64,000 bases of DNA, from positions 4,024 through 68,023 of the forward strand of contig JADGDJ010000002.1 in assembly GCA_016744925.1 (NCBI GenBank), written 5' to 3'. The position numbers were made by a program, and so were the translations under genes. The stretch is from Spirochaetaceae bacterium (GTDB lineage: Bacteria > Spirochaetota > Spirochaetia > DSM-2461). Below are positions 56,081-64,000 of this stretch, one piece after another (within the stretch, counting starts at the first letter, position 1; every line of letters starts with the position of its first letter). The notes beneath the pieces were generated by a model. It was not told the DNA's origin and ran no database searches. It worked only from the letters and a program-made list of their open reading frames with translations.

Positions 56081-57640
56081 TTATTTTTTATAATTGACTC
56101 CGAGCTTATCGAGGATTTCACAATGGATATTGAATCTCTCTATAAACGATGTAACATCTTTATTCTCTTTTTGTATCCAGAGATTTTCTGAGAGAGCAAT
56201 GGCTCTTGGAAAAACCATATACTGGAGGTGATGGAAATCGGGAATGTATTCTGTCCAGATCTGACCTTGAGAACCCATGATAAAATGGTGTTGATCCGGA
56301 GGTAATTGATCGGGGATGATTTCGTAGTTATAGACTTTTTCCAGGGGTGTGAATCCGTGAATTGCCAGAGCTTCAGTCTCTTTCTCTCCCTGATAGTGGT
56401 CAAAGTAGACAAATTCTTCAGGAGTCATTACCACATTGTGTCCTTTTCCTACTGCTTCGATCCCTCCTTTCTCTCCTCTCCAGCTCATAACAGCGGCACC
56501 ATCAGCCAGACCACCTTCGAGAATCTCATCCCATCCGATCACTTCCCGGCCTTTACTCTGTATGTGCCCGGCCATCTGCCGGATAAACCAGCTCTGCAGC
56601 TCCTCTTCGCTTTTAACGCCTAATTCAAGCATCCTGTCCTGAATCCGTCTCGATTCTTCCCACTGATATTTCAATGCTTCATCTCCGCCAATATGGATGT
56701 ATTTGCCGGGAAATAGTTCCATTACTTCATCGAGAACATCTTTCATAAATTCTACTGTCGAATCTTCAACATTGAGAATATGCTCACATATGCCCCAATG
56801 ACAAAGCGGTTTCAGTGTCTGGTCGGTACAACCCAATTCCGGATAAGCTGAAATGGCAGCCTGCATATGTCCCGGCATATCAATCTCGGGAACGATGATA
56901 ATTTCCCGTTCTGAAGCGTAGGCTACAATCTCCCGGATATCGTCTTGAGTGTAGAATCCACCATAGGGTTTATCTTCATATCTTTTGGGTCTATCAAGAG
57001 CGTGACCTATCAGGGTAGAGTCCCTGAAAGCTCCTACTTCGGTCAAACGAGGATATTTTTTTATTTCCAGGCGCCACCCCTGATCTTCTGTGAGATGAAG
57101 GTGGAGTCGATTGAATTTGTACAGTGCCAGGGTATCGATAAATTTCAGAACTTCCTCTTTGGTGAAGAAGTGGCGACACACATCGAGATGAATACCTCTC
57201 CATCTAAAGCGGGGAGAGTCTGTAATTTCACATCCCTGGATAGTCCATTGAATATTTTTTTGAATTACATCTGAAAAAATCTCACGGGGGAGAAGCTGTC
57301 GAAAACTCTGTATGGCTCTGGCCAGACCTGCTTCAGTGGGAGCCTCAAGGCGGCACTGCGCATCGCTTACGGTGATTGTATAACTTTCATCAGTCATTTC
57401 ATTCTGTTGTTCTATGGACTCCTCTGTGAGAACTAGTGAAATATGACTGTCCCTGCCGAGTGAAAGGGGCAATTCATATCCCGTGGACTGAATCAGATAG
57501 TCTCTGAGAAGTGATCCTTTATTTAATATCTCTTCACACGATACGCCAATGGCCGTATTTGCTGTTAATGTAAAAATCGAATCTTTTATTCTTATTTCCG
57601 AAACGGCGGGAATAAGATTTATTTTATTAGTAGTAGACAT
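56081..57640 (-). CDS. beta-N-acetylhexosaminidase (GH20)
   Basis: DSPRFRWRGIHLDVCRHF, HLTEDQGWR, PEIDMPGH, HIGGDE catalytic pair, WTEYI. Confidence 0.95.
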   Translation of the reverse strand: MSTTNKINLIPAVSEIRIKDSIFTLTANTAIGVSCEEILNKGSLLRDYLIQSTGYELPLSLGRDSHISLVLTEESIEQQNEMTDESYTITVSDAQCRLEAPTEAGLARAIQSFRQLLPREIFSDVIQKNIQWTIQGCEITDSPRFRWRGIHLDVCRHFFTKEEVLKFIDTLALYKFNRLHLHLTEDQGWRLEIKKYPRLTEVGAFRDSTLIGHALDRPKRYEDKPYGGFYTQDDIREIVAYASEREIIIVPEIDMPGHMQAAISAYPELGCTDQTLKPLCHWGICEHILNVEDSTVEFMKDVLDEVMELFPGKYIHIGGDEALKYQWEESRRIQDRMLELGVKSEEELQSWFIRQMAGHIQSKGREVIGWDEILEGGLADGAAVMSWRGEKGGIEAVGKGHNVVMTPEEFVYFDHYQGEKETEALAIHGFTPLEKVYNYEIIPDQLPPDQHHFIMGSQGQIWTEYIPDFHHLQYMVFPRAIALSENLWIQKENKDVTSFIERFNIHCEILDKLGVNYKK

Positions 57641-57701
57641 AAATCCTCCGTTAAGAATATTTTAACTTGATTTTTCTATTTTTTGGATGTAAAAAACAAC
57701 T

Positions 57702-58550
57702 ATGGATAATGTCAAATTCAACACAGAAAATATAGTGATTTATGATAAGCAACCGGGAGAGAGGGAGATTCACAGGAAAAGCGGTTTTCGCATATCCCAC
57801 TTTCAGCGATCTGTCTCCTACGAAGCTTTAAAGGAATTGAAGCCGAGAGCATTCTCCTATTACAGCATTTGCCATTTGATAGAAGGAGAGGGCTGGTACT
57901 GGTCTCCCGAAAGAGATGTCCAGTATTTTTCTGCCGGTGAGGGAATTTTGGTTACTCCTGGTTTTATTCAGAGTTATGGGGGATTCCAGTCGCGTTTTGT
58001 GGAAGACTTTATCTGTTTTGATGGTGCTGTAGCGGATTTTCTTTTTCAGGGGGGAGTTATATCCGACGGGATTGTCAAAATCGGAAAGGAGAGAAGATTG
58101 CTTCCTATTATTAAAGAAGCTCTCAATATGTCCGACTCGGGACAGGTCTTCGCTAATGGAGCCCTGCAGACATTTCTTTATGATTTGTATCGTGAAAATC
58201 TGAATAACAATTCTTCAGAGAGTATCGACGGCATCGATAAACTGATCAGCAAGCTCAGTACCTCTTCCGATTTGTGGTGGACAGTCGTGGAGATGGCCGA
58301 ATATTGCCATCTCAGTGAAAATCACTTTCGCAGATTATTTAAAGAGAGGACAGGAATGGGGCCGAAGCACTATTCAGACTGTCTAAAGATGCAGATCGCA
58401 TCTGAAAAACTTCTCAGTTCTCCAGTAGCACTGGACAATATTGCCCATCAGCTGGGGTATATTGATCGATTCCATTTCAGTAAAGTTTTTAAGAGGATTA
58501 AGGGTATTTCTCCGGATCAGTTTCGTCGTCAATATCCCATGGTGCGTTAA
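57702..58550 (+). CDS. AraC family regulator, divergent from GH20
   Basis: Cupin-like N-terminus; HFRRLFKERTGMGP...IAHQLGY.DRFHFSKVFKR..G.SP..FR. Confidence 0.92.
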   Translation: MDNVKFNTENIVIYDKQPGEREIHRKSGFRISHFQRSVSYEALKELKPRAFSYYSICHLIEGEGWYWSPERDVQYFSAGEGILVTPGFIQSYGGFQSRFVEDFICFDGAVADFLFQGGVISDGIVKIGKERRLLPIIKEALNMSDSGQVFANGALQTFLYDLYRENLNNNSSESIDGIDKLISKLSTSSDLWWTVVEMAEYCHLSENHFRRLFKERTGMGPKHYSDCLKMQIASEKLLSSPVALDNIAHQLGYIDRFHFSKVFKRIKGISPDQFRRQYPMVR

Positions 58551-58575
58551 AAAAAACTGCCCCATTTGGGACAGT
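58549..58575 (-). terminator. intrinsic terminator of the permease gene
   Basis: ACTGCCCCA-TT-TGGGACAGT with A8 tract on the left (U-tract on minus). Confidence 0.6.
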
Positions 58576-58587
58576 CTCTTAATTATA

Positions 58588-59961
58588 CTATAAGTGGTCT
58601 GGGTGCCAGTCCCCTTCAGAATAATCCGGTTTAATAATCCATGAAGCTAAGATTGCGAAGATCGCAGTAGCAGCTACAGTAGATCCGAATAATATATCTA
58701 ATACTTTGTGGATTGAGGTAAACTCAGCTTTTCCACCTAATCCTAGACCTAAACCTAGAGAGATTGAGATGATAAGCATGTTTTTATCAGTGAATCCAGC
58801 TTTCTTAAGCATTTTAATTCCGTTACCCATAATGATAGCGAATATTGTAAGCAAAGCTCCACCTAATACGGCATCGGGAATAATTCTGAAGATAGCAGCA
58901 ATTTTGGGTAAGAATGATAATGCTGCCAAGAATACAACACCGGTAAATATTACGAATTTGTTAACAACTTTAGTGTTAGTTATTATACCAACGTTCTGAC
59001 CAAATGAAGTGTTTGGCATTGCATTGAACAATGTTGAGAATACTGAACCGAAACCGTCAGCTAATAATCCGCCTTCAATTTCTTCTTCAGTAGCAATTCT
59101 ATCCAATCCACCTAAAGCCACACCGTTAGTATCTCCGATTGTTTCTACGGAAGTTGCAAAGTATACGGCCAGGAATGGAATGATTGCACCTAATTTAAAC
59201 ATTTCACCAATGTTGAAATCGATAGCTTTTAAAGGAACGACGTGCCAGAAAGAAACCCAATCAGTTTTTGCAACTAATTCGAAATTTGTAATCCCTAAGG
59301 CTAATGCAACGAGAGTACCTGCGAATATACCAATTAAGATTGACGTGTTTTTCCATATTTTTTTACCAAAGATGGTAAATCCCAAAGAAACAATCAATGT
59401 AACAGATGCAGTGACAACCGCTTGCCATGTACCACGCAATGGACCGAATCCACCAACAAAATAGTTTCCACCAACGTTAATCAGGTAGAGTCCTAAAGCA
59501 ATTAATAAAGTACCAGTTACGATGGGTGTGAAGATACGTTTGATGTATCGGTAAGTGAAACCAATAAAGATTTCTAATAAAGCCCCGACCATAGCAGCAC
59601 CTACAACAGCAGGCATACCAAATGTGGCAGCAGCGTTAACTCCTACACCGACGAATGCGAACGATACACCCATTACGATAGGTAAACCGGAACCGATACG
59701 GTAAGAACCTATCTTGATCGGATACAGCTGAAGCATAGTTGCAAGTGCAGATGTAAACATCGCAGCTTGAACCATCATTGTTAATCCTGCAGAAGAGAAA
59801 CTTTCAGGATGATTTCCTAATGCAACTCCACCAATAATAAGGATTGGAGCCAAGTTACTTACGAACATCGCAAGTACATGTTGTAAACCTAGTGGAAACG
59901 CAAGTCTTAAAGGTACTTTACCTTCTAATTGTCTCGCATGTTCAAAATCAATATTAGCCAT
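58588..59961 (-). CDS. NCS2 nucleobase:cation symporter (xanthine/uric acid permease)
   Basis: GLQHVLAMF, GSGLPIVMGVSF, ETIGD, PNTSFGQNVGI NCS2 signature, AVLGGA. Confidence 0.93.
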   Translation of the reverse strand: MANIDFEHARQLEGKVPLRLAFPLGLQHVLAMFVSNLAPILIIGGVALGNHPESFSSAGLTMMVQAAMFTSALATMLQLYPIKIGSYRIGSGLPIVMGVSFAFVGVGVNAAATFGMPAVVGAAMVGALLEIFIGFTYRYIKRIFTPIVTGTLLIALGLYLINVGGNYFVGGFGPLRGTWQAVVTASVTLIVSLGFTIFGKKIWKNTSILIGIFAGTLVALALGITNFELVAKTDWVSFWHVVPLKAIDFNIGEMFKLGAIIPFLAVYFATSVETIGDTNGVALGGLDRIATEEEIEGGLLADGFGSVFSTLFNAMPNTSFGQNVGIITNTKVVNKFVIFTGVVFLAALSFLPKIAAIFRIIPDAVLGGALLTIFAIIMGNGIKMLKKAGFTDKNMLIISISLGLGLGLGGKAEFTSIHKVLDILFGSTVAATAIFAILASWIIKPDYSEGDWHPDHL

Positions 59962-60038
59962 AAATATATTACCCCTTGTAAATATTTTTTGTTAGTATAC
60001 ATGGATAATCACATAAGTGACAGAAATTTTTTTGTAAT

Positions 60039-60051
60039 ATTATCAGACATT
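60039..60051. promoter_or_regulatory. putative purine-regulon operator, copy 4
   Basis: ATTATCAGACATT in the permease/Mo-hydroxylase divergent region; weaker TCTGTCGGAAAAA beside TTGACA (60083-60088). Confidence 0.55.
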
Positions 60052-60190
60052 TATTTTGTTGAGTTAGATCTGTCGGAAAAACTTGACAATTCACCCACTT
60101 CTAGGCAATATTTAAGTATTGATTTCCCTGTCTTTTTCAATTCAAATAGAAAGATCGTAATTTAACATATTACCTTTGGAGGTTTACCTT

Positions 60191-62443
60191 ATGGTAGATT
60201 CAGAGAAAAAGGTGTTTCGTAACGATAATATTGCTAAAGTTACGGGTCGTGCAAAATATGCTGATGATTACACTTTCCACGGTATGATTCACGCTGTTCC
60301 TGTATACACCGATTCAGTTCATGCAGAAATACTATCTATAGATGTTACAAAAGCCGAAGATATTGACGGTGTGAGGAAAGTGCTCACCTGGAAAGATGTT
60401 CCCGGTCAGATGGCTTTCGGTCAAATTAATAAAGATCTCTACATTTTTGCCAAAGACAAGATTCGTTACCACGGGGATGTTATAGCCCTGGTCATTGCCG
60501 ATACACGAGAAATCGCTTTAGAGGCTTCAAAACTGGTTCATGTTGAGTTGAAAGAGCTCGAACCTATTTTGGATCAGGAAAAAGCACTCGGTGATAATAC
60601 GAATCTGGTTAATGATATGCATGAGGGGAATAAAATCGCCCATCATCATATTCGTAGAGGCGATGCGGAAAACGCATTTACCCAATGCGATCTTATTGTT
60701 GAGAGAGAATTCAAAACCTCCTTTGTAGAGCATGCATACATCGAGCCGGAATGCGCTTTTGCCAATCCCCGCGCCGATGGTGTCATTGAATTATATGGTA
60801 CGTTTCAGCATCCGTTCAGCACCAGGCGTTTTGTTTCGGCTTTTCTGAACAGACAATTTGCCGATTTTGAAGTTTTCAGTCATCCTGTCGGGGGAAGCTT
60901 CGGTGGTAAAGATGATACTATTTCCGCCATAGCCGCCAGAGCAGCATTGGCTGCATCTATATTTAAAGTTCCTGTAAAAATCCTCTACGATAGAGAGTGG
61001 TCATTCCGTGAGAGTTATAAACGGAACCCTTATATAATGAAATACAAATACGGTTTTTCGAAAGAGGGAAAGTTAAAAGCCGTTAATACTTATATGCTTT
61101 CCGAATCGGGAGCCGTCACATCAACAACACCCTGGTCTACGTGGCGATCGACAGCACAGTGTGCCGGTCCCTATCAGGTGGAAAATGTCCACACTGATGT
61201 CATTGGTGTGGCAACGAACAATGTTTTTACAGGAGCCATGAGAGGCTTCGGAACACCTCAGGTAAATTTTGCTATAGAGCAGATGATGGATATCAGTGCA
61301 GAGGAACTGGGGATTGATCCTATAGAGTTAAGACGGATCAATATGGTCCGGCAGGATTGTGAAACCATTACCGGGCAGAAGCTCGATGGACATATTGTTA
61401 GTATGGAAGAGGTGATGGATAAAATTATCACCGAATCGGGATATTCTGATAATGTCAAAAAAAATAGTCGTGGACAGAGTGATTCTGATGAATATTACGG
61501 AACAGGTATTGCTATCTCCTATCGCGGTTCCAGTGTCGGAGCCGAAGGTTTGGATTTTGCAGCCTGTATTATTAACTGTCAATTTGATGGTTCTATAATT
61601 CTCGATACGGGAATCCATGAAAACGGACAGGGATCCCAGTCGGCTATGATGCTGGCGCTGGCCAAGGAATTCGATGTTCCCCTGAGCCGGATCAAATATA
61701 CCCGTTCGTCTACTACCTCTATTCCCGACAGTGGGACCACTGTCGCAACTCGAGGTACAATGATGGGGATCAGTGCCATAAGAAAAGCCTCGATCAAATT
61801 GAGAAAAACAATTAGAGACACTCTCTGTGATGATTTTCGCTGTGACCCTGAAGACATTCGGTTTGAAAATGATAAATTAGCTGCCGGTAGTTATTCTCTG
61901 ACCTGGGAAGAGGCTATGCACAAAATGTTTCTTCACAGAACTTATCCCTTTGCCTTTGGTGAGTACAAGGCTCCCAGAGTCTCCTGGAATGATGATATCG
62001 GAGTGGGCGATGCCTACTTTACTTATGTATACAGCTGTAATGTCGTTGAATTATCGGTGAATAAAAAAACAGGCAAAGTCAAATTGCTCAATATCACGGC
62101 AGGTCATGATATTGGTCGTGCTATCAATGAGGAAATGGTCAAAGGGCAGATCTACGGGGGAATCGCACAGGGGATCGGTATGGCTCTCACTGAAGAACTG
62201 AAGATTGAAAAGGGGAAAATTCTCAACCCCAATTTTAACAAATACAAGCTTCCCAAAACCATGGATATGCCGGAAATAAATGCTTTGATCATAGAAAACG
62301 AAGACCGATCAACACCTTCGGGGTTGAAGGGTATTGGAGAACCGGCAACAGAATTAATTGCCGCTGCAATTTCCAATGCAGTATATAATGCTACAGGGAA
62401 AAGACAATATTCCCTTCCCATCAAACTGGAGGGTGAAAAATAA
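60191..62443 (+). CDS. xanthine dehydrogenase family Mo-binding subunit (third paralogue)
   Basis: AKVTGRAKY, EHAYIEPE, GGSFGGK, GAMRGFG, ENGQG, KGIGEP; ATG 60191 after GGAGG. Confidence 0.92.
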   Translation: MVDSEKKVFRNDNIAKVTGRAKYADDYTFHGMIHAVPVYTDSVHAEILSIDVTKAEDIDGVRKVLTWKDVPGQMAFGQINKDLYIFAKDKIRYHGDVIALVIADTREIALEASKLVHVELKELEPILDQEKALGDNTNLVNDMHEGNKIAHHHIRRGDAENAFTQCDLIVEREFKTSFVEHAYIEPECAFANPRADGVIELYGTFQHPFSTRRFVSAFLNRQFADFEVFSHPVGGSFGGKDDTISAIAARAALAASIFKVPVKILYDREWSFRESYKRNPYIMKYKYGFSKEGKLKAVNTYMLSESGAVTSTTPWSTWRSTAQCAGPYQVENVHTDVIGVATNNVFTGAMRGFGTPQVNFAIEQMMDISAEELGIDPIELRRINMVRQDCETITGQKLDGHIVSMEEVMDKIITESGYSDNVKKNSRGQSDSDEYYGTGIAISYRGSSVGAEGLDFAACIINCQFDGSIILDTGIHENGQGSQSAMMLALAKEFDVPLSRIKYTRSSTTSIPDSGTTVATRGTMMGISAIRKASIKLRKTIRDTLCDDFRCDPEDIRFENDKLAAGSYSLTWEEAMHKMFLHRTYPFAFGEYKAPRVSWNDDIGVGDAYFTYVYSCNVVELSVNKKTGKVKLLNITAGHDIGRAINEEMVKGQIYGGIAQGIGMALTEELKIEKGKILNPNFNKYKLPKTMDMPEINALIIENEDRSTPSGLKGIGEPATELIAAAISNAVYNATGKRQYSLPIKLEGEK

Positions 62444-62907
62444 TGAACACAATTACTGTAAATGGAAGAGAACATAATATTGATGATTCTCTACTCGAGA
62501 AAAAACTTCTGAAATACTTAAGAGAAGATCTTGAGCTGACAGGAACGAAAAACGGCTGTAATGTTGGAGCTTGTGGTAGCTGCACCGTTCTTATCGATAA
62601 TGTTGCAAAAAAATCCTGTGTTGTCTCATTGAGCAAAGTCATTGGTAAGTCCGTGACCACCATTGAGGGTGTTGAGGGGAGTGATGGAACTCTACATCCT
62701 CTTCAGCAGGCTTTTATCGATGCCGGAGCCGTTCAATGTGGTTTCTGCACACCTGGTATGGTCATGAAGGGCTTGGATCTTCTGAGTAAAAATCCCGAGC
62801 CTGACAGAGATGAAATACGCAAGGCTTTTAATGGCAATCTATGCCGCTGTACTGGGTACCAGCAGATTATCGATGCTGTCCAAATATATGTAGAGCGTCA
62901 GAAATAA
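62443..62907 (+). CDS. 2Fe-2S subunit of a Mo-hydroxylase
   Basis: [10 protein letters not shown]...SC and QCGFCTPG...NLCRCTGY. Confidence 0.93.
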   Translation: MNTITVNGREHNIDDSLLEKKLLKYLREDLELTGTKNGCNVGACGSCTVLIDNVAKKSCVVSLSKVIGKSVTTIEGVEGSDGTLHPLQQAFIDAGAVQCGFCTPGMVMKGLDLLSKNPEPDRDEIRKAFNGNLCRCTGYQQIIDAVQIYVERQK

Positions 62908-63249
62908 TCATCGGGATTGTAACCAATTTACAGCTTCTTCTTCAGTGGGAAATGTTTTAATATCTCTGTTTGTAAGAAGCTGTATGCCTCTAATAATAAT
63001 TCCAGTTGCCAGGCCAGCTCCAATAACGGCACTTTTTTTAATTTTTGGAGAGACCCTTTTAGAAAAAGCTCTATGATTATTTATTATCTCTTTATTCCCT
63101 GTTTTCTCTCCCAGTATTGTAAGCATCAGAACACTCGAATCCGGCTGAGACAGGATGTGTTTTTCTCCCTCATTGAGTATTTTTAGATGTTCCTCAGTTG
63201 TTATCCCTTTTGGTGCTTTTATTGTGATAATATTTTCATTAAGTGACAT
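62908..63249 (-). CDS. SpoIIAA-like / STAS-SEC14-type small protein
   Basis: 113 aa; KKSAVIG and IKTFPTEEEAVNWL C-terminal motif. Confidence 0.65.
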   Translation of the reverse strand: MSLNENIITIKAPKGITTEEHLKILNEGEKHILSQPDSSVLMLTILGEKTGNKEIINNHRAFSKRVSPKIKKSAVIGAGLATGIIIRGIQLLTNRDIKTFPTEEEAVNWLQSR

Positions 63250-63330
63250 AGTTTACCTCTCTATGAATTTCAAGTTATATAAATCGTAGTATATTGTTAT
63301 GTTGCAAATCAAATATGTGGGTTTATAAAT

Positions 63331-63356
63331 AAAAAAGGGCTGCCCGAAAGCAGCCC
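63331..63356 (-). terminator. intrinsic terminator after acyl-CoA dehydrogenase
   Basis: GGGCTGC-CCGAAA-GCAGCCC with A6 on the left (U-tract on minus). Confidence 0.75.
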
Positions 63357-63380
63357 GTAAACTAATGAGAAGAGAAAAAA

Positions 63381-64000
63381 TTAACCAATGATATCTTTGT
63401 AATGGTCTAGCAAAACAGCTTTTCCATCGGTTATGAAATGTCTGTGGTGTTCTACCATAGAAGAGGCTTTTTCAATGAACATGGAAGCAACTTTTACTTT
63501 TCTGTCGCTGTGTCGTGCATTTCTCATGAGCAGGAAGCTCTGAATCACGGCAGTAGCCATTTCAACGAGTCTTCTTGAATGGTATGTGATAAAATCTTTG
63601 TTTTCTGACGCTTTTGCCAAATCAATGGTTGCGGCCAGTTTTTCTTTGGCATCCATAACCAGTTTGAAATCATCACCCATAAAACTGAAATCACCATCGT
63701 TTAGCTGGTCTATGTAATCCATGGCTGTTCCGGAAGTAACGCCACCAATAGCTGCTACAATCTGCAGCTGTGTAGTTCCCTCATAGATATTTGTGATCCG
63801 AGCATCTCTGGCATGTCGTTCCACATTGAATTCACGCATAAAACCTGTTCCACCGTGAATTTGAATGGCATCGTAGGCCACTTTGTTACACATTTCAGTG
63901 TTGTAGGCTTTGACAATAGGAGTAAGAAGCCCGGCTAGCCGTCCGTATTTTCTCACTTCTTTTTTCATCTCTTTGGCTTTGTCGGGATTCTGTTCCACAT
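63381..64000 (-). CDS. acyl-CoA dehydrogenase, C-terminal part (truncated by window edge)
   Basis: LTPIVKAY, AIQIHGGTGFMREF.VERHARDARITNIYEGTTQLQ. Confidence 0.92.
   Translation of the reverse strand, partial: VEQNPDKAKEMKKEVRKYGRLAGLLTPIVKAYNTEMCNKVAYDAIQIHGGTGFMREFNVERHARDARITNIYEGTTQLQIVAAIGGVTSGTAMDYIDQLNDGDFSFMGDDFKLVMDAKEKLAATIDLAKASENKDFITYHSRRLVEMATAVIQSFLLMRNARHSDRKVKVASMFIEKASSMVEHHRHFITDGKAVLLDHYKDIIG

Noticed and set aside
1-64000. CRISPR arrays, tRNA/rRNA genes, IS elements, prophage
   Set aside because: No repeat-spacer periodicity, cloverleaf, rRNA-like sequence, transposase, integrase or phage gene recognised; intergenic gaps are all under about 430 bp.

Overview
Gene-dense bacterial chromosome window, most likely from an anaerobic free-living spirochaete (inferred from the chemoreceptor, OmpA and membrane-AraC gene styles; not proven). 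0-17 kb: infA, dksA, OmpA, cheW, an MMPL/acyltransferase/membrane-protein operon, an MCP-hemerythrin fusion and an AraC/beta-helix lipoprotein cassette. Anaerobic purine/urate catabolism genes dominate and are split over three loci: ygfK-ssnA-ygeY-8-oxoguanine deaminase-ygfM-xdhD plus xdhABC (17.7-32.7 kb), carbamate kinase-ygeW (45-47 kb), and an NCS2 permease divergent from a third Mo-hydroxylase (58.6-62.9 kb). All four promoter regions carry a near-palindrome (ATTGTCnGACAAT), suggesting one regulon. The most unusual element is a 6.8-kb divergon (32.8-39.6 kb). A regulator there fuses an XRE HTH to a CarH-type (W-x9-EH) cobalamin-binding module, alongside a lipocalin, a fused FakA-FakB fatty-acid kinase, DUF1295, PlsY, two unknown exported proteins and a pyrimidine-dimer DNA glycosylase. 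This is a candidate B12-dependent light/photo-oxidative response for membrane-lipid remodelling and UV repair, with no carotenoid or photolyase genes in the cluster. Also present: proS, a SNF2 helicase, satP, iadA with a deleted amidohydrolase remnant, an ABC exporter pair, a GH20 hexosaminidase and a partial acyl-CoA dehydrogenase. No rRNA, tRNA, CRISPR array, transposase or integrase was seen. All calls come from motif recognition by eye; no database searches were run.
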